Shown here piece by piece: positions 1 through 11,800 of a stretch of 64,000 bases of DNA. The first letter of the stretch is position 1. Each line of letters starts with the position of its first letter. This stretch comes from Eledone cirrhosa (lineage: Eukaryota): contig OZ024741.1 in the NCBI GenBank assembly GCA_964016885.1, positions 259,904,001 through 259,968,000 of the forward strand. Direction: 5' to 3'. Both the position numbers and the translations under genes were made by a program. The notes beneath the pieces are model-generated. The model had not been told where the DNA came from. It saw nothing but the letters and a program-made list of their open reading frames with translations, and did not search any database.

Positions 1-94
1 CGAAACACATGTAAGTCAAAACACTCATAAGTCAAAACACTCGTAAGCCGAAACACTCGTAAGTCGAAACACTCGTAAGTCGAAACGCTCGTAA

Positions 95-177
95 AGCGAA
101 ACGTATAAATAAAGATTAATGTAATGAATTTGAAAAGCATAGAGATTTGAAACCGCGTCTATTTGTTATTTTCGTAA
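95..177. repeat. 83-bp AT-rich interspersed spacer, allele A (other copies start at 4699, 5450, 7441, 7968, 10710, 38501, 40556, 42933, 44988)
   Basis: AGCGAAACGTATAAATAAAGATTAATGTAATGAATTTGAAAAGCATAGAGATTTGAAACCGCGTCTATTTGTTATTTTCGTAA lies between two intact monomers. The same sequence was read at the listed positions, and most are marked by MLFKFITLIF ORFs in the track. Confidence 0.96.
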
Positions 178-1164
178 GTCGAAACACTCGTAAGCAGAAA
201 CACTCGTGAGCCGAAACACTCGTAAGTCGGAACACTCGTAAGTCAGAACACTCGTAAGTCAGAACACTCGTAAGTCAGAACACCCGTAAGTCAGAACACT
301 CGTAAGTCAGAACACTCGTAAGTCAGAACACTCGTAAGTCAGAGCACTCGTATCGAAACACTCGTATGTCAAAACACCCGTAAGTCGAAACACTCGTAAG
401 TCGAAACACTCGTAAGCCAAAACACCGTAAGTAAAAAAGCTCGTAAGTCGAAATACACGTAAGTCGAAACACTCGTAAGCCGAAACAATCGTAATTCAAA
501 ACACTCGTAAGTCGAAACACTCGTAAGCCAAAAATACTCGTACGTCGAAACACCCGTAAGCCGAAACACTCGTAAGTCGGAACACTCGTAAGTCAAAACA
601 CTCGTAAGTCGAAACAGTCGTAAGTCGGAACACTCGTAAGTCAGAACACTCGTAAATCAGAACATTCATAAGTCAAAACACTCGTAATTCGAAACACCCG
701 TAAGTCGAAACGCCCGTAAGTCGAAACACTCATTAGCCGAAACACTCGTAAGTCGGAACACTCGTAAGTCAGAATACCCGTAAGTCAGAACACTCGTAGT
801 CAGAACACTCGTAAGTCAAAACACTCGTAAGCCGAAACACTCGTAAGCCGAAACACTCGTAAGCCGAAACACTCTTAAGTCGGAACACTCGTCAGTCGGA
901 ACACTCGTAAGTCAAAACATTCGTAAGCCAAAATACTCGTAAGTCGAAACACTCGTACGTCGAAACACTCGTAAGTCGAAACACTCGTAAGTCGAAACAT
1001 CCTTAAGTCGAAACACTCGTACACCGAAACACTCGTAAGTAAAAACATTAGTAAGCCGAAACACTCGTAAGCCGAAACACTCGTAAGTCGGAACACTCGT
1101 AAGTCGGAACACTCGTAAGTCGAAACACCCATAAGCCGAAACACTCGTAAGCCAAAACATTCGT

Positions 1165-4100
1165 AAGTCGAAACACTCGTAAGCCGAAACACTCGTAAGC
1201 CAAAACATTCGTAAGTCGAAACACTCGTAAGTCGAAACACCCATAGCCGAAACACTCGTAAGTCGGAACACCCGTAAGTCAGAACACCCGTAAGTCAGAA
1301 CACTCGTAAGTCAGAACACTCGTAAGTCAGAGCACTCGTATCGAAACACTCGTATGTAAAAACACCCATAAGTCAAAACACTAGTAAGTCGAAACACTCG
1401 TAAGCCGAAACACCGTAAGCCAAAACACTCGTAAGTCGAAACACCCGTAAGTCGGAACACTCGTAAGTCAAAACACTCGTAAGTCGAAACACTCGTAAGC
1501 CGAAACACTCGTAAGCCGAAACACTCGTAAGTCGGAACACTCGTAAGTCGGAACACTCGTAAGTCAGAACACTCGTAAGTCAGAACACTCGTAAGTCAGA
1601 ACACTCGTAAGTCAGAATACTCGTAAGTCGAAACACTCGTATCGAAACACTCGTATGTCAAAACACCCGTAAGTCAAAACACTCGTAAGTCGAAACACTC
1701 GTAAGTCGAAACACTCGTATGTCGAAACATCCGTAAATCAGAACACTCGTAAGTCGAAACACTCGTAAGTCGAAACACCCGTAAGTCGGAACACTCGTAA
1801 GTCGAAACACTCGTAAGTCGAAACACCCATAGCCGAAACACTCGTAAGTCGGAACACACGTAAGTCAGAACACCCGTAAGTCAGAACACTCGTAAGTCAG
1901 AACACTCGTAAGTCAGAACACTCGTAAGTCAGAGCACTCGTATCGAAACACTCGTATGTCAAAACACCCGTAAGTCAAAACACTCGTAAGTCGAAACACT
2001 CGTAAGTCGAAACACTCGTAAGCCGAAACAATCGTAAGTCAAAACACTCGTAAGTCGAAACACTCGTGAGCCGAAAATACTCGTAATTCGGAACACCCGT
2101 AAGCCGAAACCCTCGCAGGTCGGAACACTCGTAAGACGAAACACCCGTAAGTCGGAACACTCGTAAGTCAGAATACTCGTAAGTCGAAACACTCGTAAAC
2201 CGGAACACCCGTAAGGCAAAACATTCGTAAGTCAAAACACTCGTAAGTCGAAACACTCGTAAGCCGAAACACTCGTAAGTCGAAACACTCGTAAGTCGAA
2301 ACATCCGTAAGTCAAAACACTCGTATGTCGAAACACTCGTAAGCCGAAACACTCGTAAGTGGGAACACTCGCAAGTCAGAACACTCGTAAGTCAGAACAC
2401 TCGTAAGTTGAAACACTGGTAAGTCGAAACACCCGTAAGTCGAAACGCCCGTAAGTCAAAACACTCGTATGTCGAAACAATCGCAAGCCGAAAAACCGTA
2501 AGTCAAAACACTCGTAAGTCGAAACACTCGTAAGTCGAAACACTCGTAAGCGGAAACACTCGTAAGCGAAAACATTCGTAAGTCGAAACACTCGTAACCC
2601 GAAACACTCGTAAGTCGAAACACTCGAAAGCCGAAACACTCGTAAGTCGAAACACTCATAAGCCGAAACACTCGTAAGTCGGAACACTCGTAAGTCGGAA
2701 CACTCGTAAGTCAGAATACTCGTAAGTCGAAACACTCGTAAACCGGAACACCCGTAAGGCAAAACATTCGTAAGTCAAAACACTCGTAAGTCGAAACACT
2801 CGTAAGCCGAAACACTCGTAAGCCAAAACATTCGTAAGTCGAAACACTCGTAAGTCGAAACACCCATAGCCGAAACACTCGTAAGTCGGAACACCCGTAA
2901 GTCAGAACACCCGTAAGTCAGAACACTCGTAAGTCAGAACACTCGTAAGTCAGAGCACTCGTATCGAAACACTCGTATGTAAAAACACCCATAAGTCAAA
3001 ACACTAGTAAGTCGAAACACTCGTAAGCCGAAACACCGTAAGCCAAAACACTCGTAAGTCGAAACACCCGTAAGTCGGAACACTCGTAAGTCAAAACACT
3101 CGTAAGTCGAAACACTCGTAAGCCGAAACACTCGTAAGCCGAAACACTCGTAAGTCGGAACACTCGTAAGTCGGAACACTCGTAAGTCAGAACACTCGTA
3201 AGTCAGAACACTCGTAAGTCAGAACACTCGTAAGTCAGAATACTCGTAAGTCGAAACACTCGTATCGAAACACTCGTATGTCAAAACACCCGTAAGTCAA
3301 AACACTCGTAAGTCGAAACACTCGTAAGTCGAAACACTCGTATGTCGAAACATCCGTAAATCAGAACACTCGTAAGTCGAAACACTCGTAAGTCGAAACA
3401 CCCGTAAGTCGGAACACTCGTAAGTCGAAACACTCGTAAGTCGAAACACCCATAGCCGAAACACTCGTAAGTCGGAACACACGTAAGTCAGAACACCCGT
3501 AAGTCAGAACACTCGTAAGTCAGAACACTCGTAAGTCAGAACACTCGTAAGTCAGAGCACTCGTATCGAAACACTCGTATGTCAAAACACCCGTAAGTCA
3601 AAACACTCGTAAGTCGAAACACTCGTAAGTCGAAACACTCGTAAGCCGAAACAATCGTAAGTCAAAACACTCGTAAGTCGAAACACTCGTGAGCCGAAAA
3701 TACTCGTAATTCGGAACACCCGTAAGCCGAAACCCTCGCAGGTCGGAACACTCGTAAGACGAAACACCCGTAAGTCGGAACACTCGTAAGTCAGAATACT
3801 CGTAAGTCGAAACACTCGTAAACCGGAACACCCGTAAGGCAAAACATTCGTAAGTCAAAACACTCGTAAGTCGAAACACTCGTAAGCCGAAACACTCGTA
3901 AGTCGAAACACTCGTAAGTCGAAACATCCGTAAGTCAAAACACTCGTATGTCGAAACACTCGTAAGCCGAAACACTCGTAAGTGGGAACACTCGCAAGTC
4001 AGAACACTCGTAAGTCAGAACACTCGTAAGTTGAAACACTGGTAAGTCGAAACACCCGTAAGTCGAAACGCCCGTAAGTCAAAACACTCGTATGTCGAAA

Positions 4101-4319
4101 CAATCGCAAGCCGAAAAACCGTAAGTCAAAACACTCGTAAGTCGAAACACTCGTAAGTCGAAACACTCGTAAGCGGAAACACTCGTAAGCGAAAACATTC
4201 GTAAGTCGAAACACTCGTAACCCGAAACACTCGTAAGTCGAAACACTCGAAAGCCGAAACACTCGTAAGTCGAAACACTCATAAGCCGAAACACTCGTAA
4301 GTCGGAACACTCGTAAGTC
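1165..4319. repeat. Near-tandem block duplication, offset 1,623 bp (about 1165-2696 and about 2788-4319)
   Basis: ORF pairs share an exact offset: 1311/2934, 1674/3297, 1959/3582, 2376/3999. Both copies carry the same rare variants (ACACTAGTAA, GTGGGAACAC, GTTGAAACACTGGT). Confidence 0.92.
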
Positions 4320-6326
4320 AGAACACCCGTAAGTCAGAACACTCGTAGTCAGAACACTCGTAAGTCGAAACACTCGTAAGCCGAAACAATCGTAAGTCGA
4401 AGCACTCGTAATCCGAAACACTCTTAAGTCGAAACACTCGTAAGTCGGAACACTCGCAAGTCAGAACACTCGTAAGTCGAAACACTCGTAAGCCGAAACA
4501 CCCGTAAGTCAAAACATCCGTAAGTCAAAACATTCGTAAGTCGAAACACCCGTAGTCGAAACACTCGCAAGTCGAAACACTCGTAAGTCGAAACACGCGT
4601 AAGTCGAAACACATGTAAGTCAAAACACTCATAAGTCAAAACACTCGTAAGCCGAAACACTCGTAAGTCGAAACACTCGTAAGTCGAAACGCTCGTAAAG
4701 CGAAACGTATAAATAAAGATTAATGTAATGAATTTGAAAAGCATAGAGATTTGAAACCGCGTCTATTTGTTATTTTCGTAAGTCGAAACACTCGTAAGCA
4801 GAAACACTCGTGAGCCGAAACACTCGTAAGTCGGAACACTCGTAAGTCAGAACACTCGTAAGTCAGAACACTCGTAAGTTAGAACACTCGTAAGTCAGAA
4901 CACTCGTAAGTCAAAACACCCGTAAGTCAAAACACTCGTAAGTCGAAACACTCGTAAGCCGAAACACCGTAAGCCAAAACACTCGTAAGTCGAAACACCC
5001 GTAACTCGGAACACTCGTAAGTCGAAACACTCGTAAGTCGAAGCACTCGTAAGCAGAAACACTCGTAAGCCGAAACACTCGTAAGTCGGAACACTCGTAA
5101 GTCGGAACACTCGTAAGTCAGAACACTCGTAAGTCAGAACACTCGTAAGTCAGAACACTCGTAAGTCGAAACACTCGTATCGAAACACTCGTATGTCAAA
5201 ACACCCGTAAGTCAAAACACTCGTAAGTCGAAACACTCGTAAGCCGAAACATCCGTAAGTCAAAACATCCGTAAGTCAAAACATTCGTAAGTCGAAACAC
5301 CCGTAGTCGAAACACTCGCAAGTCGAAACACTCGTAAGTCGAAACACGCGTAAGTCGAAACACATGTAAGTCAAAACACTCGTAAGTCAAAACACTCGTA
5401 AGCCGAAACACTCGTAAGTCGAAACACTCGTAAGTCGAAACGCTCGTAAAGCGAAACGTATAAATAAAGATTAATGTAATGAATTTGAAAAGCATAGAGA
5501 TTTGAAACCGCGTCTATTTGTTATTTTCGTAAGTCGAAACACTCGTAAGCAGAAACACTCGTGAGCCGAAACACTCGTAAGTCGGAACACTCGTAAGTCA
5601 GAACACTCGTAAGTCAGAACACTCGTAAGTTAGAACACTCGTAAGTCAGAACACTCGTAAGTCAGAACACTCGTAAGTCGAAACACTCGTATCGAAACAC
5701 TCGTATGTCAAAACACCCGTAAGTCAAAACACTCGTAAGTCGAAACACTCGTAAGTCGAAACACTCGTAAGCCGAAACACTCGTAAGCCGAAACACTCGT
5801 AAGTCGGAACACTCGTAAGTCGGAACACTCGTAAGTCAGAACACTCGTAAGTCAGAACACTCGTAAGTCAGAACACTCGTAAGTCAGAACACTCGTAAGT
5901 CGAAACACTCGTATCGAAACACTCGTATGTCAAAACACCCGTAAGTCAAAACACTCGTAAGTCGAAACACTCGTAAGTCGAAACACTCGTATGTCGAAAC
6001 ATCCGTAAATCAGAACACTCGTAAGTCGAAACACTCGTAAGTCGAAACACTCGTAAGCCGAAACACTCGTAAGTCGAAGCACTCGTATCGAAACACTCGT
6101 AAGTCGAAACACCCTTAAGTCAAAACACTCGTAAGCCAAAACACTCGTAAGTCGAAACACTCGTAAGTCGGAACACTCGTAAGTCAGAACACTCGTAAGT
6201 CAGAACACTCGTAAGTGGAAACACGCGTAAGTCGAAAGACCCGTAAGTCAAAAATCTCGTAAGTCAAAACACTCGTAAGCCGAAACACACGTAAGTCGAA
6301 ACACTCGTAAGTCGAAACATTCGTAA

Positions 6327-6409
6327 AGCGAAACGTATAAATAAAGATTAATGTAATCAACTTGAAAAGCATAGATATTTGAAACCGCGTCTATTTGTTA
6401 TTTTCGTAA
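6327..6409. repeat. 83-bp spacer, allele B' (also at 9596 and 15394)
   Basis: Reads GTAATCAACTTGAAAAGCATAGATATTTG, which is allele B plus one G>C change. Confidence 0.94.
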
Positions 6410-8718
6410 GTCGAAACACTCGTAAGTCAGAACACTCGTAAGTCAGAACACTCTTAAGTCAGAACACTCGTATCGAAACACGTATGTCAAAACACCCGTA
6501 AGTCAAAACACTCGTAAGTCGAAACACTCGTAAGTCGAAACACTCGTAAGCCGAAACAATCGTAAGTCAAAACACTCGTAAGTCGAAACACTCGTAAGCC
6601 GAAAATACTCGTAAGTCGGAACACCCGTAAGCCGAAACCCTCGTAAGTCGGAACACTCGTAAGTCAGAACACCCGTAAGTCAGAACACTCGTAGTCAGAA
6701 CACTCGTTAGTCGAAACACTCGTAAGCCGAAACACTCTTAAGTCGAAGCACTCGTAATCCGAAACACTCTTAAGTCAGAACACCCGTAAGTCAGAACACT
6801 CGTAAGTCAGAACACTCGTAAGTCAGAACACTCGTAAGTCAGAGCACTCGTATCGAAACACTCGTATGTCAAAACACCCGTAAGTCAAAACACTCGTAAG
6901 TCGAAACACTCGTAAGTCGAAACACTCGTAAGCCGAAACACCGTAAGCCAAAACACTCGTAAGTCGAAACACCCGTAAGTCGGAACACTCGTAAGTCGAA
7001 ACACTCGTAAGCCGAAACACTCATAAGCCGAAACACTCGTAAGTCGGAACACTCGTAAGTCAGAACACCCGTAAGTCAGAACACTCGTAGTCAGAACACT
7101 CGTTAGTCGAAACACTCGTAAGCCGAAACACTCTTAAGTCGAAGCACTCGTAATCCGAAACACTCTTAAGTCGAAACACTCGTAAGTCGGAAGACTCGTA
7201 AGTCAGAACACTCGTAAGTCAGAACACTCGTAAGTCGAAACACTCGTAAGCCGAAACATCCGTAAGTCAAAACATCCGTAGGTCAAAACATTCGTAAGTC
7301 GAAACACCCGTAGTCGAAACACTCGCATGTCGAAACACTCGTAAGTCGAAACACGCGTAAGTCGAAACACATGTAAGTCAAAACACTCGTAAGTCAAAAC
7401 ACTCGTAAGCCGAAACACTCGTAAGTCGAAACACTCGTAAAGCGAAACGTATAAATAAAGATTAATGTAATGAATTTGAAAAGCATAGAGATTTGAAACC
7501 GCGTCTATTTGTTATTTTCGTAAATCGAAACACTCGTAAGCCGAAACACTCGTGAGCCGAAACACTCGTAAGTCGGAACACTCGTAAGTCAGAACACTCG
7601 TAAGTCAGAACACTCGTAAGTTAGAACACTCGTAAGTCAGAACACTCGTAAGTCAGAACACTCGTAAGTCAGAACACTCGTAAGTCGAAACACTCGTATC
7701 GAAACACTCGTATGTCAAAACACCAGTAAGTCAAAACACTCGTAAGTCGAAACACTCGTAAGCCGAAACACCGTAAGTCAAAACACTCGTAAGTCGAAAC
7801 ACTCGTAAGTCGAAACACCCGTAGTCGAAACACTCGCAAGTCGAAACACTCGTAAGTCGAAACACGCGTAAGTCGAAACACATGTAAGTCAAAACACTCG
7901 TAAGTCAAAACACTCGTAAGCCGAAACACTCGTAAGTCGAAACACTCGTAAGTCGAAACGCTCGTAAAGCGAAACGTATAAATAAAGATTAATGTAATGA
8001 ATTTGAAAAGCATAGAGATTTGAAACCGCGTCTATTTGTTATTTTCGTAAGTCGAAACACTCGTAAGCAGAAACACTCGTGAGCCGAAACACTCGTAAGT
8101 CGGAACACTCGTAAGTCAGAACACTCGTAAGTCAGAACACTCGTAAGTTAGAACACTCGTAAGTCAGAACACTCGTAAGTCAAAACACCCGTAAGTCAAA
8201 ACACTCGTAAGTCGAAACACTCGTAAGCCGAAACACCGTAAGCCAAAACACTCGTAAGTCGAAACACCCGTAACTCGGAACACTCGTAAGTCGAAACACT
8301 CGTAAGTCGAAGCACTCGTAAGCAGAAACACTCGTAAGCCGAAACACTCGTAAGTCGGAACACTCGTAAGTCGGAACACTCGTAAGTCAGAACACTCGTA
8401 AGTCAGAACACTCGTAAGTCAGAACACTCGTAAGTCGAAACACTCGTATCGAAACACTCGTATGTCAAAACACCCGTAAGTCAAAACACTCGTAAGTCGA
8501 AACACTCGTAAGCCGAAACATCCGTAAGTCAAAACATCCGTAAGTCAAAACATTCGTAAGTCGAAACACCCGTAGTCGAAACACTCGCAAGTCGAAACAC
8601 TCGTAAGTCGAAACACGCGTAAGTCGAAACACATGTAAGTCAAAACACTCGTAAGTCAAAACACTCGTAAGCCGAAACACTCGTAAGTCGAAACACTCGT
8701 AAGTCGAAACACTCGTAA

Positions 8719-8801
8719 AGCGAAACGTATAAATAAATATTAATGTAATGAATTTGAAAAGCATAGAGATTTGAAACCGCGTCTATTTGTTATTTTCGTA
8801 A
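8719..8801. repeat. 83-bp spacer, allele A' (also at 14517, 16591, 20044, 22118, 48999, 51073)
   Basis: Reads AAATAAATATTAATG instead of AAATAAAGATTAATG and is otherwise allele A. Confidence 0.94.
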
Positions 8802-11800
8802 GTCGAAACACTCGTAAGCCGAAACACTCGTGAGCCGAAACACTCGTAAGTCGGAACACTCGTAAGTCAGAACACTCGTAAGTCAGAACACTCGTAAGTT
8901 AGAACACTCGTAAGTCAGAACACTCGTAAGTCAGAACACTCGTAAGTCGAAACACTCGTATCGAAACACTCGTATGTCAAAACACCCGTAAGTCAAAACA
9001 CTCGTAAGTCGAAACACTCGTAAGTCGAAACACTCGTAAGCCGAAACACTCGTAAGCCGAAACACTCGTAAGTCGGAACACTCGTAAGTCGGAACACTCG
9101 TAAGTCAGAACACTCGTAAGTCAGAACACTCGTAAGTCAGAACACTCGTAAGTCAGAACACTCGTAAGTCGAAACACTCGTATCGAAACACTCGTATGTC
9201 AAAACACCCGTAAGTCAAAACACTCGTAAGTCGAAACACTCGTAAGTCGAAACACTCGTATGTCGAAACATCCGTAAATCAGAACACTCGTAAGTCGAAA
9301 CACTCGTAAGTCGAAACACTCGTAAGCCGAAACACTCGTAAGTCGAAGCACTCGTATCGAAACACTCGTAAGTCGAAACACCCTTAAGTCAAAACACTCG
9401 TAAGCCAAAACACTCGTAAGTCGAAACACTCGTAAGTCGGAACACTCGTAAGTCAGAACACTCGTAAGTCAGAACACTCGTAAGTGGAAACACGCGTAAG
9501 TCGAAAGACCCGTAAGTCAAAAATCTCGTAAGTCAAAACACTCGTAAGCCGAAACACACGTAAGTCGAAACACTCGTAAGTCGAAACATTCGTAAAGCGA
9601 AACGTATAAATAAAGATTAATGTAATCAACTTGAAAAGCATAGATATTTGAAACCGCGTCTATTTGTTATTTTCGTAAGTCGAAACACTCGTAAGTCAGA
9701 ACACTCGTAAGTCAGAACACTCTTAAGTCAGAACACTCGTATCGAAACACGTATGTCAAAACACCCGTAAGTCAAAACACTCGTAAGTCGAAACACTCGT
9801 AAGTCGAAACACTCGTAAGCCGAAACAATCGTAAGTCAAAACACTCGTAAGTCGAAACACTCGTAAGCCGAAAATACTCGTAAGTCGGAACACCCGTAAG
9901 CCGAAACCCTCGTAAGTCGGAACACTCGTAAGTCAGAACACCCGTAAGTCAGAACACTCGTAGTCAGAACACTCGTTAGTCGAAACACTCGTAAGCCGAA
10001 ACACTCTTAAGTCGAAGCACTCGTAATCCGAAACACTCTTAAGTCAGAACACCCGTAAGTCAGAACACTCGTAAGTCAGAACACTCGTAAGTCAGAACAC
10101 TCGTAAGTCAGAGCACTCGTATCGAAACACTCGTATGTCAAAACACCCGTAAGTCAAAACACTCGTAAGTCGAAACACTCGTAAGTCGAAACACTCGTAA
10201 GCCGAAACACCGTAAGCCAAAACACTCGTAAGTCGAAACACCCGTAAGTCGGAACACTCGTAAGTCGAAACACTCGTAAGCCGAAACACTCATAAGCCGA
10301 AACACTCGTAAGTCGGAACACTCGTAAGTCAGAACACCCGTAAGTCAGAACACTCGTAGTCAGAACACTCGTTAGTCGAAACACTCGTAAGCCGAAACAC
10401 TCTTAAGTCGAAGCACTCGTAATCCGAAACACTCTTAAGTCGAAACACTCGTAAGTCGGAAGACTCGTAAGTCAGAACACTCGTAAGTCAGAACACTCGT
10501 AAGTCGAAACACTCGTAAGCCGAAACATCCGTAAGTCAAAACATCCGTAGGTCAAAACATTCGTAAGTCGAAACACCCGTAGTCGAAACACTCGCATGTC
10601 GAAACACTCGTAAGTCGAAACACGCGTAAGTCGAAACACATGTAAGTCAAAACACTCGTAAGTCAAAACACTCGTAAGCCGAAACACTCGTAAGTCGAAA
10701 CACTCGTAAAGCGAAACGTATAAATAAAGATTAATGTAATGAATTTGAAAAGCATAGAGATTTGAAACCGCGTCTATTTGTTATTTTCGTAAATCGAAAC
10801 ACTCGTAAGCCGAAACACTCGTGAGCCGAAACACTCGTAAGTCGGAACACTCGTAAGTCAGAACACTCGTAAGTCAGAACACTCGTAAGTTAGAACACTC
10901 GTAAGTCAGAACACTCGTAAGTCAGAACACTCGTAAGTCAGAACACTCGTAAGTCGAAACACTCGTATCGAAACACTCGTATGTCAAAACACCAGTAAGT
11001 CAAAACACTCGTAAGTCGAAACACTCGTAAGCCGAAACACCGTAAGTCAAAACACTCGTAAGTCGAAACACTCGTAAGTCGAAACACTCGTAAGTCGAAA
11101 CACTCGTAAGTCGAAACACTCGTAAGCCGAAACACTCGTAAGCCGAAACACTCGTAAGTCGGAACACTCGTAAGTCAGAACACTCATAAGTCAGAACACT
11201 CGTAAGTCAGAACACTCGTAAGTCGAAACACTCGTAAGCCGAAACACCGTAAGTCGAAACACCCGTATGTCGAAACACTCGTAAGCCGAAACACTCTTAA
11301 GTCGAAACACTCATAAGCCGAAACACTCGTAAGTCGGAACACTCGTAAATCAGAACACCCGCAAGTCAGAACACTCGTAAATCAGAACACTCTTAAGTCG
11401 AAACTCACGTACGCCGAAACACTCGTAAGTCGAAACACTCGTAAGTCGAAACATCCTTAAGTCGAAACACTCGTACACCGAAACACTCGTAAGTATAAAC
11501 ATTAGTAAGTCGAAACACTCGTATGTCGAAACACTCGTAAACCGAAACACTCGTAAGTCGGAACACTCGTAAGTCAGAACACTCGTAAGTCAGAACACTC
11601 GTAAGTCGAAACACTCATAAGTCGAAACACTCGTAAGTCGAAACACCCGTAAGTCGAAACAACCGTAAGTCGAAACACTCGTATGTCGAATAACTCGTAA
11701 GCCGAAACACTCGTAAGCCAAAACATTCGTAAGTCGAAACACTCGTAAACCGAAACACTCGTAAGCCAAAACATTCGTAAGTCGAAACACTCGTAAGCCG

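Larger units (their letters stand above)
4540..11077. repeat. Tandem block duplication, unit 3,269 bp (4540-7808 and 7809-11077)
   Basis: ORF pairs 4895/8164, 5196/8465, 5930/9199, 6184/9453, 6823/10092 and 7203/10472, and spacer pairs 4699/7968, 5450/8719, 6327/9596 and 7441/10710, all differ by 3,269. Confidence 0.95.

Noticed and set aside
95-177. Spacer as an independently transposing MITE, SINE or Helitron
   Set aside because: It has only trivial inverted matches (CGAAA/TTTCG, ATAGA/TCTAT) and no A/B boxes, poly(A) tail or CTRR end with hairpin. The flanking TCGTAA is just monomer sequence. All copies share orientation and related flanks, consistent with passive duplication.
4424-4744. 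MLFKFITLIFIYTFRF ORFs as signal-peptide or membrane proteins
   Set aside because: The hydrophobic start is what AT-rich DNA translates to (F, I, L, Y, K). The downstream part is pure repeat of variable length, and there is no independent coding evidence.
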